A stretch of DNA of 64,000 nt from Bacteroidota bacterium. Its GTDB lineage: Bacteria; Bacteroidota; Rhodothermia; Rhodothermales; Bin80. The notes under the pieces were generated by a model. The model was not told the DNA's origin. It worked only from the letters and a program-made list of their open reading frames with translations, and made no database searches. The stretch spans positions 72,264-136,263 of the forward strand of contig JAPOTS010000136.1 of the NCBI GenBank assembly GCA_026709065.1, written 5' to 3'. Every line of letters begins with the position of its first letter. The stretch's first letter is position 1. A program made the position numbers and the translations under genes. Positions 40,040 to 49,430 of the stretch are shown here, in pieces.

Positions 40040-42349
40040 ATGCTATTTAAGGACTTTGAAAGAGTATTAAAGACATTTGCCGACGATGATAGTGAAGCGA
40101 TCGTAGATAATGGAGAGTTTTTGGTATATATCCGAGGAAAACCAGTACAGGGCAGACTAAAAAGTGATCCTAGCACAGGGATTACCGTTATTCACGAGGA
40201 GGAAGAAAGTTTGGCAACTCAATGGGTTTTTCGTTATCTAGCAAAGCTTGATAGGCTTGCAGATAGAATCATTGATTACATTCGTCCTCCTGAAAATTAT
40301 GTTTCTCCAAAGATTCATCTTCGTGACTGGAATAATCAACCAAATCAGGTTTTTAGCGCCGATAATTCTACGACTCGGCTGAGAGACTGTCTAACTAACT
40401 TTCATGGAGGGGTTACTTCGATATCTTTTTTGACATCTGATGCTGGCGAAGGAAAAACATCTTTGATTGAAAAAATTTCAGTGGAGCAAGCCCATGCTTT
40501 CAAAGCAAATAAAACAGGAACTTTGATATTGCCCGTCGCATTGGGTGGACGATCTTTTTTACGCTTTGATGCAGTTGTGATTGCTTCCTTGATGAATCGA
40601 CTTCGGTTTTCATACTTATACTACGATTCATTTATTGAACTCATCAAATTAAATGCAATTATTCCGGCATTTGATGGATTTGAGGAAGTCTTAGTAGATG
40701 TCAATTCTAATGAGGCGGTTTCAGCCCTTGGTCATCTAGTCAATGAACTGTCTTCATCGGGGACTATTCTAGTTGCCGCTAGGAAAGCATATTTTGACAG
40801 ATCACTTGATTCTCAATCCAAATTACTAGACTCAATCAGCTCAGATCAGAATGTAGCTCTCCAACGATATGACTTAGAGAGATGGGATCAGTCAGTATTC
40901 TGTAAATATGCAATTAAGCGCGGAATTCGCTCACCAGACAGTCTCTATAACCAAGTAAAAAACGGACTGGGTGGGAATGAATCTCACTCCGTTTTGACAA
41001 GGGCCGTTCTAGTACGAAGGTTGATTGATGTGGCTCAGAATGAGAATGATTTAAATAAATTTTTGCTGAGGCTAGGTGAGTCGCAGGTAAATTATTTCTT
41101 TGATTTTATAGAGACAATTATTGAGCGTGAGGCTAACGAAAAATGGATTAATCGGTCAGGGAATACACCTCTGCTAACCATAGATCAACACCACGAATTA
41201 CTTTCCATAATTGCATCTGAAATGTGGATTAGTGCTGTGGACGCTCTAGGATCTGATGTAATTCAACTCGTTATTGAATTTTTCATCTCCGAAAAAAATA
41301 AAAATAATGATGAAGAGCGTCAAATAGCCAGACGTATTGAAACTCATGCTCTTTTTCGTGAAGATGACTCACAGGGACTTACTAGATATGGTCGAATTCG
41401 ATTTGATCACGAAGATTTTCAAGAATTTTACTTAGGGCAAGCATTAGCTCGAAGCCTCTGTTCGCGTGATAGATCTAATGTAAGATTGATTTTAGATGCT
41501 AATTCACTTACTCAACCAGTAATTCTTGAAGCCACGCGTTATATCCTTGCTCAAAACCAGATAACGATAGATGATATTTGGAATGATCTCAAGCAATTAT
41601 TAAAGGGGGAACGTAGAGTTTCTTACATTCGGGAGAACTGTGGGATGTTAATGCTTGAATTGGCGCAACGCACCCAAAACCCTTACTCAATTAATGAAAT
41701 CAACTTTCCGCCTAATGCATTACAACAGAGGAATTTATCTAAACTTAGAATATATCATTCTTTGTTTAGTTCAACAACTCTTGAGAATACAAAAATTGGT
41801 GGATGCTCATTTATTGATTGTGAGTTTTCAGAGCTTATCTTTAACAATGTACAATCGCATAAAATTTATGATACAGTTTTTGAAAATTGTACGTTTAATT
41901 CTGTATCCATTGATAGTGACACTGAAGATGATCTGCGCAAGTATTATACTCCCTCTAAAGTCTTAGCGCTACTCACTAGTAAAGGGCTGGATTTAAGATC
42001 AAGTACCAACCTAGATGCTAACAATCAACATTCTGTTTCTGATGAAATGGACAATGATATGAAAACAGCACTTAAGGTTATTCGTTTGTTTAGCCGGTCT
42101 ACTACAATTACTGATAAAGTAATTCAACAGCGTCTGGTAAAACAATCAAATTATTTTATGTCTCAAATTCTTCCAAAACTCATCAAAGCTGGATTGATAG
42201 AGGTAAATCATCAATCAAATAAAAGTTATCGATTGATGGTTCCGCTATCAGAGATTGATAGGCTTGTAGACATATCGGGAAGTATTTTTGAAGAATTTAT
42301 TCAGCATGCTCAAGCCCTTAAGCGATCACAGCCACTAGCCCCTCATTAA
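40040..42349 (+). CDS. NACHT-type STAND NTPase with a pentapeptide-repeat-like segment and a C-terminal winged-helix-like domain
   Basis: Walker A 'DAGEGKTS' (aa 134-141), Walker B 'IIPAFDGFEEV' (aa 207-217), 'TILVAARKAY' (aa 242-251), and 'RFDHEDFQEFYLGQAL' (aa 454-469), which resembles the NACHT FxHxSFQEFLAA motif. Pentads with a central F, 'CSFID CEFSE LIFNN ... TVFEN CTFNS VSIDS', run over aa ~575-626. The tail 'ITDKVIQQRLVKQSNYFMSQILPKLIKAGLIEV' is wHTH-like. Confidence 0.7.
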   Translation: MLFKDFERVLKTFADDDSEAIVDNGEFLVYIRGKPVQGRLKSDPSTGITVIHEEEESLATQWVFRYLAKLDRLADRIIDYIRPPENYVSPKIHLRDWNNQPNQVFSADNSTTRLRDCLTNFHGGVTSISFLTSDAGEGKTSLIEKISVEQAHAFKANKTGTLILPVALGGRSFLRFDAVVIASLMNRLRFSYLYYDSFIELIKLNAIIPAFDGFEEVLVDVNSNEAVSALGHLVNELSSSGTILVAARKAYFDRSLDSQSKLLDSISSDQNVALQRYDLERWDQSVFCKYAIKRGIRSPDSLYNQVKNGLGGNESHSVLTRAVLVRRLIDVAQNENDLNKFLLRLGESQVNYFFDFIETIIEREANEKWINRSGNTPLLTIDQHHELLSIIASEMWISAVDALGSDVIQLVIEFFISEKNKNNDEERQIARRIETHALFREDDSQGLTRYGRIRFDHEDFQEFYLGQALARSLCSRDRSNVRLILDANSLTQPVILEATRYILAQNQITIDDIWNDLKQLLKGERRVSYIRENCGMLMLELAQRTQNPYSINEINFPPNALQQRNLSKLRIYHSLFSSTTLENTKIGGCSFIDCEFSELIFNNVQSHKIYDTVFENCTFNSVSIDSDTEDDLRKYYTPSKVLALLTSKGLDLRSSTNLDANNQHSVSDEMDNDMKTALKVIRLFSRSTTITDKVIQQRLVKQSNYFMSQILPKLIKAGLIEVNHQSNKSYRLMVPLSEIDRLVDISGSIFEEFIQHAQALKRSQPLAPH

Positions 42350-42495
42350 TTATGTCACTGAAGATCCATTAATGAATTGTGGATCTGAGATGAGATAAAA
42401 CGGAGAGGTGAGTCTGAATAATTCCATTATAGAAAATATTTATCCCTGAAAAATCAAACCATGAATGAGCCAATATCATACACGCATGACATTGA

Positions 42496-43575
42496 ATGAT
42501 GATTGATTTAGACAAATTGTGTGAGGTTAAGGATCGATTTCATGAGATAAATAAGATCATTTCTGATCCGAAGACTGCCTCAGATCCCACTCAGATGGCA
42601 GATCTTGGGCCAGAGCATCGTGAGCTATCTGAGGTTGTGGTAGCAATTGAACGGTATGAAGCGACGCTCAGCGAAATAGAAGAAATGCAGACATTGATCT
42701 CTACTGAGCTAGATGATGAACTTGTTGCGTTAGCACGTGAGGAATTGGTCAATCTTAATTCTAAGCTGCCGAAATTAGAGGAGACATTGAAGCGGGCACT
42801 GATTCCCAAAGACCCAGCGGATTCACGCGACGCGATCATGGAAATACGCGCAGGTACTGGTGGAAATGAAGCTGCTCTCTTTGCTGCTGATCTCTATCGT
42901 CTCTATGAACGCTACATTGCAAGGAAAGGGTGGAAACTTACCCCTATCAATAGTTCAGTAGGAAGTGTGGGGGGATATAAAGAAGTCGTTTTTGGAATTT
43001 CTGGAACGAATGTATTCGGAAGTCTCAAATATGAAAATGGAGTTCATCGCGTTCAACGAGTACCCCAAACTGAGTCCAGCGGCAGGCTCCATACTTCGGC
43101 AGCAAGTGTTGCAGTACTTCCCGAGGCCTCCGATATAGAAATTGAGATTGCTACAAATGAATTGAAGGTAGATGTCTATCGGTCCAGCGGGCCAGGAGGA
43201 CAAAGCGTTAATACAACGGACTCGGCGGTTAGGATTACTCATATTCCAAGTGGACTCGTGGTCACCTGTCAAGATGAAAAAAGTCAACATAAAAACAAAG
43301 ACAAAGCGATGAGAGTACTTCGCTCACGACTTTATGAAAAGAAAATGTCTGAAATTAATGCGCAACGTGATGAAGTTCGTAGACAGGCAGTTGGTTCAGG
43401 TGACCGTTCAGTTAAGATTCGAACCTATAACTACCCACAAGACCGTGTGACAGATCATCGATTAGAAGGAAACTTGAAGAATTATCCATTACGTAAGATC
43501 ATAGAGGGAGAGTTAGATGAATTACTCAATGCTTTACAGACTGCAGATTATGCTGACAGGATGGCTAATGCTTAA
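42496..43575 (+). CDS. prfA: Peptide chain release factor 1
   Basis: The 'PQT'-type tripeptide region 'RVQRVPQTESSGRLHTS' and the GGQ motif 'SSGPGGQSVNTT'. Confidence 0.95.
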   Translation: MMIDLDKLCEVKDRFHEINKIISDPKTASDPTQMADLGPEHRELSEVVVAIERYEATLSEIEEMQTLISTELDDELVALAREELVNLNSKLPKLEETLKRALIPKDPADSRDAIMEIRAGTGGNEAALFAADLYRLYERYIARKGWKLTPINSSVGSVGGYKEVVFGISGTNVFGSLKYENGVHRVQRVPQTESSGRLHTSAASVAVLPEASDIEIEIATNELKVDVYRSSGPGGQSVNTTDSAVRITHIPSGLVVTCQDEKSQHKNKDKAMRVLRSRLYEKKMSEINAQRDEVRRQAVGSGDRSVKIRTYNYPQDRVTDHRLEGNLKNYPLRKIIEGELDELLNALQTADYADRMANA

Positions 43576-43685
43576 AAATGGAACATCATCTGTATGACAT
43601 GGGTATAAAGGTTTTCTTGCCCTGCTCCTGTGCGATACTGGGGCATGACCAATAAACATTAACTAGTCATTCCGAAGGGATAAGT

Positions 43686-44066
43686 ATGAGTATGAACCGC
43701 AAGATGTACGAACTTACGTACATCCTCACTCCTGTGCTTTCAGTAGATCAAACTGCCGAAGTTGTAGCACGAATCAACGTCATTATCGAGGGTGCTGGCG
43801 GCACTATCATTGAGGTTGATCAATGGGGAACAAAGAAGCTTGCATACCCTGTTGATAAGAAACGTAATGGGTATTATGTGAACCTATATTTTGAAGGTCC
43901 AGGCACTATGATTCCTCGTATTGAGCGTGCACTTACCATTGATGATAATGTACTACGCTCTCTCATTTTAGTAATGGACAAAAGCATGATCGCTCATTAT
44001 CATGCTAATAAATCAAAAACGAAAACTTCTGTTGTAGAAGAAACTGAACCAAGTAAAGATGGCTAG
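43686..44066 (+). CDS. rpsF: 30S ribosomal protein S6
   Basis: 'YELTYILTP', '[10 protein letters not shown]', and operon position with S18 and L9. Confidence 0.93.
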   Translation: MSMNRKMYELTYILTPVLSVDQTAEVVARINVIIEGAGGTIIEVDQWGTKKLAYPVDKKRNGYYVNLYFEGPGTMIPRIERALTIDDNVLRSLILVMDKSMIAHYHANKSKTKTSVVEETEPSKDG

Positions 44067-44244
44067 ACAATACATTGACTATAAGGATGTAGACTATCTC
44101 AAGCTCTTTATCAATGAACAAGGTAAGATGCTTCCCCGTCGAGTTCTTGACATCCCTGCAAAAAAGCAGCGATTAATTGCTCGAGCGATTAAACGTGCTA
44201 GGCATCTTGCACTACTACCATACGTCGCCGATTCGGTACGTTAA
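44059..44244 (+). CDS. rpsR: 30S ribosomal protein S18 (short N-terminus)
   Basis: '[23 protein letters not shown]' and '[15 protein letters not shown]'. Confidence 0.9.
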   Translation: MARQYIDYKDVDYLKLFINEQGKMLPRRVLDIPAKKQRLIARAIKRARHLALLPYVADSVR

Positions 44245-44261
44245 TCATTAACGATCAAAAG

Positions 44262-44717
44262 ATGAAGGTAATCCTATTAACAGATGTCCATAATCTTGGC
44301 AACGAGGGGGATGTCATTTCAGTAAAGAATGGTTACGGACGTAACTGGCTCATTCCTCAAGGACTTGCACTACTAGCAACACCCAGTGCGGTTCAGGCTT
44401 TTGAAGATCAATTACGCCAGCAAGCGAGGCGGCGTTCTCAGGAGCTCAATAATGCAGAGGAGATTAAGGGGCAACTTGATAACGCGAGTGTAAGTATTGA
44501 AGCAAAAGTCGGCTCTGAAGACCGTATTTTTGGTTCAATCACATCTCAACAAGTCGCTCTTGCGTTGGCACTACAAGGTTTTAATATTCATCGTAGGGCC
44601 ATCACTATTGATGAGGAGATTAAAGTACTCGGTGAGTATACCGCCACCATAAAGTTACATTCCGATGTACATGCCCAGCTCACCGTCCATGTGGTTCCAG
44701 AGGGTAGTCAGACCTAA
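44262..44717 (+). CDS. rplI: 50S ribosomal protein L9
   Basis: 'MKVILLTDVHNLGNEGDVISVKNGYGRNWLIPQGLA'. Confidence 0.95.
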   Translation: MKVILLTDVHNLGNEGDVISVKNGYGRNWLIPQGLALLATPSAVQAFEDQLRQQARRRSQELNNAEEIKGQLDNASVSIEAKVGSEDRIFGSITSQQVALALALQGFNIHRRAITIDEEIKVLGEYTATIKLHSDVHAQLTVHVVPEGSQT

Positions 44718-46599
44718 GGTTTTTTGCTTACTCACATCGTTATTTTTAGTTTTTGCGACTGAGCATTCCCTCGCTCAATCCATAGTTAACTGGAATCTTA
44801 GTGCTGAATATTATGGCATTGACGCTCGAATCGTCCTAGAAGGGCAATTACCTAGTGATGATCCCCGTGGGGGGGCTTGGCGAATGTATGCCGTTGATTC
44901 TCCACCACCGAGTCGGGCACTCAGTGTTCAGTTTGATTCTCTACCCATCGGGCTTACGTTGCGGGATTCATTAAAACAAATTGGTATACAGTCTGGGTAT
45001 GATCCATATTTTGACAATGTTGTTAGTTATTTTAATCAGAGAGCATTAGTCTGGGCAGATTACATTATTGACTCAAATTTTGTGGGAGGGGAGGTGACTG
45101 CGGATATTGAATCCATGATTTGCAATGACATCATTTGTCTGCCACCTAATGACATCACAATCTCATCTACATTTGTTGAAACCCAAGATCCATTTATTGA
45201 GATACCTACTCCATCTCATGCCCCTATAAGTCTAACAAGGCTTACACCTCCTTTTAACTTCCAAGATCTTCCACTTTCGGACATGGAAGACAGTACATCA
45301 ATGTGGGGATTTATATTGCTCGCTATCGGTGCAGGATTTGCCGCACTTTTGATGCCGTGTATCTATCCGATGATCCCTCTTACAGTTTCATATTTCAGCA
45401 ATCATTCAAAAGGTGCACCTTTACGATTAGCATTATTATATGGGTTTTCAATTGTCGGAACATTCACGGCTTTAGGAGTTGGACTTTCGGTTATTATGGG
45501 AAGTACAGGTGCGCTAATTGTTTCGGCAAATCCTTGGGTGAACTTAGCAATTGCGATTGCATTCATCATTTTTGGACTTTCATTGATTGGAGTGATTAAT
45601 CTCCGTCTTCCGTCGTCATGGACCAACTGGTTCAACCGAAAAGGGGCTGAGCGACAGGGATATATCGGTGTGTTATTCATGGGACTGGCGCTCACATTGG
45701 TTTCATTTACCTGCACTGCTCCATTTATAGGGATTTTGCTTCCGAGTATTGCTGAGGGAGAGTGGTTTTATGGGATCATCGGAATGGCAGTGTTCAGTGG
45801 AACATTTGCTCTTCCGTTTGTAGGATTTGCGTGTTTTCCTCAGGCGCTCAACATACTGCCAGGCAGTGGTAGATGGATGCGTGAAGTTGCAGTGGTCGTC
45901 GGATTTATAGAGATTGCAGCCGCAGTGAAATTCTTCTCTAATGCTGATCTGGTATGGGGGCTGGGATTAATAGACAGGTCACTTGTAATCTCATTGTGGA
46001 TTGTATTAGCTGCCTTAGCAGGATTATATCTAATTGGACATCTTTCTACAACTCTTAATACCGAATCTCAGCGTATTGGAGCAGGGAATCTCATGTTTGG
46101 TATTTTATTTTTTGGACTCGCAATTTACCTAGTACCTGGTCTTTTTGGTGCGCGACTCGGATGGATAGATACCTATTTACCACCTCGCATGGAAAACACT
46201 GCTAACTTCTTTGGAACGGACATACATCAAGAATGGATTACCGATGATTTACCTAAGGCATTTTCTGAAGCCGTACAATTAGATCAGCCTCTGTTCATTG
46301 ATTTTTCTGGGTACACATGCACAAACTGTCGTGGGATGGAAGTAAATGTATTTGAGAAAGAAACTGTGAGTGAGATTCTGTCGCAGAATTTTGTGCTCAG
46401 TCGCTTGTATACTGATGGGCCTCATGGTCGTGAATTTCAAGCGATACAGGAGGATATTACAGGAACTGTGGCACTGCCAACATATGCAATCATGGATGGT
46501 TCGGATGAGAACCAACCAATTACTCAGCTCAGTGGGGTTGTTTCCAAGGAGGAATTTGAAACTTTTCTCAGATATGGTTTGCAAAAATTCTCAGATTAA
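44689..46599 (+). CDS. dsbD: Thiol:disulfide interchange protein DsbD-like
   Basis: A signal peptide, then a DsbD transmembrane core with 'LLMPCIYPMIPL' and 'SFTCTAPF', and a C-terminal thioredoxin fold with 'CTNC'. The ATG at 44689 is preferred over the longer ORF start at 44665 inside rplI. Confidence 0.85.
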   Translation: MWFQRVVRPKVFCLLTSLFLVFATEHSLAQSIVNWNLSAEYYGIDARIVLEGQLPSDDPRGGAWRMYAVDSPPPSRALSVQFDSLPIGLTLRDSLKQIGIQSGYDPYFDNVVSYFNQRALVWADYIIDSNFVGGEVTADIESMICNDIICLPPNDITISSTFVETQDPFIEIPTPSHAPISLTRLTPPFNFQDLPLSDMEDSTSMWGFILLAIGAGFAALLMPCIYPMIPLTVSYFSNHSKGAPLRLALLYGFSIVGTFTALGVGLSVIMGSTGALIVSANPWVNLAIAIAFIIFGLSLIGVINLRLPSSWTNWFNRKGAERQGYIGVLFMGLALTLVSFTCTAPFIGILLPSIAEGEWFYGIIGMAVFSGTFALPFVGFACFPQALNILPGSGRWMREVAVVVGFIEIAAAVKFFSNADLVWGLGLIDRSLVISLWIVLAALAGLYLIGHLSTTLNTESQRIGAGNLMFGILFFGLAIYLVPGLFGARLGWIDTYLPPRMENTANFFGTDIHQEWITDDLPKAFSEAVQLDQPLFIDFSGYTCTNCRGMEVNVFEKETVSEILSQNFVLSRLYTDGPHGREFQAIQEDITGTVALPTYAIMDGSDENQPITQLSGVVSKEEFETFLRYGLQKFSD

Positions 46600-46704
46600 A
46601 ATGGATCATCACATATTCGTTCTTAAAGTTTATTCATCATTCGTTGAACTTTTTGCGAATCAATTAAGGACTGACGCTTCTCGTTAAACTAAATTCTGCA
46701 TACG

Positions 46705-48165
46705 ATGCAATTTTTCTGGTATGATTATGAAACTTGGGGTAAATATCCTTTAAGTGACCGAATCGTTCAGTTTGGCGGTATACGGACAGGTGAGCAATTA
46801 GAGATGATTGGCGAACCCATTGAATATTTATGTCAACCGGGATTAGATTTTTTCATTGGTCCTGGGGCCGTAAATATTCATGGGATCATGCCCATGAAGG
46901 CTTACAAGGAAGGATTACCAGAAAATGAATTTGCAGCACGCATTCACCAAGAATTGATTCAGGATGGGACCTGTAGTGTTGCCTATAATGGAATGAGCTT
47001 TGATCATGAATTTACCAGAGTTTTGTTCTATCGAAATTTACGAGATCCTTATGAGTGGGAATACAAAAATGGTAATTCAAGATGGGATACATTAGAACTG
47101 ATGCGAGCTACTTATCTCTTGAGACCTGATGCTCTTGGCGATTGGCCCCAAAAAGAGACAGGAGGCCCATCGTTTCAGTTAGAGGCTTTGACTCGTCAAT
47201 TTTTAGATGAGGATCAATTGATCAATCAACATGATGCCGTATCGGATACAATTCAAATGTGGTTAATTGCAAAATTAGTTCGTGAAAAGGTTGAAGATCT
47301 CTGGAATTATGGATTAACTTTACGCAATAAGAATGTCGTGAATTCAATTATGAGTAGTCAAGAGCCTGTACTATACACTGTTGGAAAGATTCCAACGTAT
47401 CGGTCTTGTTCAACAGCTCTGAGTCCTTTGAAATTTCAAGAATATAATTCCCTATATGGATTTGATCTATTTGTTGATCCAGCCCCTTTTCTAAAGCCTT
47501 TTGATCAGTGGTCGCAATCCGATAAAACCTCAGCGCGTAAAGCTATCTTCTCATTTAATTCAGGGAAGGCACCGTTTTTAGTGTTATGGCCAGATATACA
47601 AAGATTACTGCCAAATAAATGGTCAATGAATCATCTTCTTACTAAAATCAAACTCAGCGAGCAAGATATTTTGGCGCGCCATGAACTGATTCAAAATTTT
47701 GATGACACTAAATATCCAAATCCATTGATTGAATTTGTTAAGTTTCAATCATCTCAGTCCAAGGCAAAATATTCTTCTAAGCGTTCAGATCCAGATGAAG
47801 CAATTTATGATAATTTCTTTTCTCATGACGACATGTATATGATGTCGCAAGTGATAGAGCAGGGGCCGAATTTTGATTGGCGTTCAGTCAAATCTACTGA
47901 TTATCGAGTAGAGCCACTCATATTCAGATATATTGCTCGAAATTATCCAGATTCACTTGATGAACAAGGAAAAGAGCGTTGGCTTAATTATTGTCGTGAA
48001 CGGCAATTACTTCGCACACATAAGCGCTGGGTTAACCCTGACCAAGTATTTAGTTATGAACTTCGAGACTCGGCTAAGCCGTGGGGTAATCTCAATGAGG
48101 CGGATGTGAAAGATTTATTAAAGTGGCAGGATAGAGTGCGAGAGCGCCTGAGACAACCAAATTAA
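46705..48165 (+). CDS. sbcB: Exodeoxyribonuclease I
   Basis: The DEDDh N-terminus 'FFWYDYETWGKYPLSDRIVQFGGIRT', 'YNGMSFDHEF', and 'HDAVSDT'. Confidence 0.9.
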   Translation: MQFFWYDYETWGKYPLSDRIVQFGGIRTGEQLEMIGEPIEYLCQPGLDFFIGPGAVNIHGIMPMKAYKEGLPENEFAARIHQELIQDGTCSVAYNGMSFDHEFTRVLFYRNLRDPYEWEYKNGNSRWDTLELMRATYLLRPDALGDWPQKETGGPSFQLEALTRQFLDEDQLINQHDAVSDTIQMWLIAKLVREKVEDLWNYGLTLRNKNVVNSIMSSQEPVLYTVGKIPTYRSCSTALSPLKFQEYNSLYGFDLFVDPAPFLKPFDQWSQSDKTSARKAIFSFNSGKAPFLVLWPDIQRLLPNKWSMNHLLTKIKLSEQDILARHELIQNFDDTKYPNPLIEFVKFQSSQSKAKYSSKRSDPDEAIYDNFFSHDDMYMMSQVIEQGPNFDWRSVKSTDYRVEPLIFRYIARNYPDSLDEQGKERWLNYCRERQLLRTHKRWVNPDQVFSYELRDSAKPWGNLNEADVKDLLKWQDRVRERLRQPN

Positions 48166-48464
48166 ACTCTCCTCCGAAGATCTATTACCTGAAGGGTGAG
48201 ATACCATAATACGCCGATAGATTTTTGAACAGCTCTATGTGATTTATATACTGATAACTTCCCGAGTTTGAACTTCTTCTTAATGCATCTGTGATCAGAT
48301 GAAAGTCGGTAAGCAAACGTTCTGGGGATGATCTGCTACTTTCTGAGGGAGCTATCATAAAGGGAAGTTAGAAGTGATGGGTGACGATTAACTCTTTGAT
48401 GAGCTACAGTCACTCTTACATCGTTACAATATTCATTCTAATTCTCTATAATGACTGATGTCGT

Positions 48465-49430
48465 TTAAGTATTATATTGTTCCCACGCTATAGAAGCTGC
48501 CCCTAATGTGACACTGTAATCAGGGTGTTCTGAGATTTCAATGAGAATGTCTCGGTCATGAGGAAATTTAAATGTAGATTGATTCACATGTGCGCGGACT
48601 GACTTAATAAAGGAAGATGCACTCGCTACTGCACCACCCCCGAGGATGATGATTTCAGGTGAATACATATGAACGACGCTGACTAAAAACCATCCTAGTT
48701 CAGTTCTCCATTTTTGCAGAGCATCTATGCACAAACGATCTCCTTGATCCGCACCCTCAATGACGCATTTAAAATCAATGCTCAGGGGGTTATCAAAATA
48801 CTGCTCATTCAAAATCGAGGGCAGTCCTCTTGCTAATCCATCTCGCACCAATAAGGTTAATGCGGTGGCGGAGCATAGGAGGTTTGCTGTACCACGAGCG
48901 TTGGTTATACAGAGTCGATCACTCTTGGAATTCTGGACGATATGACTTGCTTGTGTGCCAAATTGAAGATACGAGTCCCGAAGAATAGTGCCGTCTAACA
49001 TGATACCAGAACCGACACCAGTTCCCAGTGTAATTGAAACAGCCCAGTTATAGCCGACGGCTTTACCATAACGAGATTCTGCAATGATCGACAGTCGTCC
49101 ATCATTATCTGCTATCACTGGAATACTGAGGGACTCGGAGAGATGTTTGACAATTGGAAATCCTTCAAGATCCAACTTTCCAGGCAACATGACAATCCCT
49201 TGTTGAGGATTCACCACTCCTGGAAATCCAAGCCCCAATCCTAAAGGTTGGTTACCCATTTGAGATTGGAGGAATTGGATTTCTGCCATCAGAGATTCCT
49301 GAATCTCTTGGGCGGATAGATGATATCCAGAGGGGATGATCCGTGTCTGTTTTAACGTACCATCACGAGTTACCGCAGCCATTTTGATGCGGGTTCCCCC
49401 TACATCAATTCCAATGACATATTCACTCAT
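48465..49430 (-). CDS. ROK family sugar kinase
   Basis: 'IGIDVGGTRIKMA' and the ROK glycine-rich 'LGTGVGSGIMLDG'. It lacks the Cys-rich zinc motif pattern only in part, so the substrate is unknown. Confidence 0.8.
   Translation of the reverse strand: MSEYVIGIDVGGTRIKMAAVTRDGTLKQTRIIPSGYHLSAQEIQESLMAEIQFLQSQMGNQPLGLGLGFPGVVNPQQGIVMLPGKLDLEGFPIVKHLSESLSIPVIADNDGRLSIIAESRYGKAVGYNWAVSITLGTGVGSGIMLDGTILRDSYLQFGTQASHIVQNSKSDRLCITNARGTANLLCSATALTLLVRDGLARGLPSILNEQYFDNPLSIDFKCVIEGADQGDRLCIDALQKWRTELGWFLVSVVHMYSPEIIILGGGAVASASSFIKSVRAHVNQSTFKFPHDRDILIEISEHPDYSVTLGAASIAWEQYNT

Noticed and set aside
41655-41966. A 103-aa alternative-frame ORF inside the NACHT gene. The same applies to other internal or antisense ORFs in the track, for example 5647-5835, 7422-7616, 12214-12438, 22608-22886, 39598-39825, 45303-45599, 56828-57106 and 56878-57204.
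   Set aside because: They are fully embedded in longer ORFs with clear family signatures, have low-complexity or odd composition, and carry no recognisable motifs. They are shadow ORFs.
39253-42439. A 10-nt inverted repeat flanking the NYN-NACHT cassette ('atattttcta' at 39253-39262 and 'tagaaaatat' at 42430-42439)
   Set aside because: It is a short, pure A/T-rich match that does not extend on either side. Chance occurrence in AT-rich spacers is plausible, so it is not evidence for terminal inverted repeats of a mobile element.
43576-43685. A possible S6:S18-binding leader structure upstream of rpsF
   Set aside because: Only a 4-5-bp pairing ('tgccc'/'gggca') is visible by eye. I cannot support the motif without a covariance-model scan.
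44665-44688. The longer dsbD start (track ORF 44665), which overlaps rplI by 53 nt
   Set aside because: The in-frame ATG at 44689 gives a normal signal peptide ('MWFQRVVRPKVFCLLTSLFLVFA') and a smaller overlap. The extra residues have no support.
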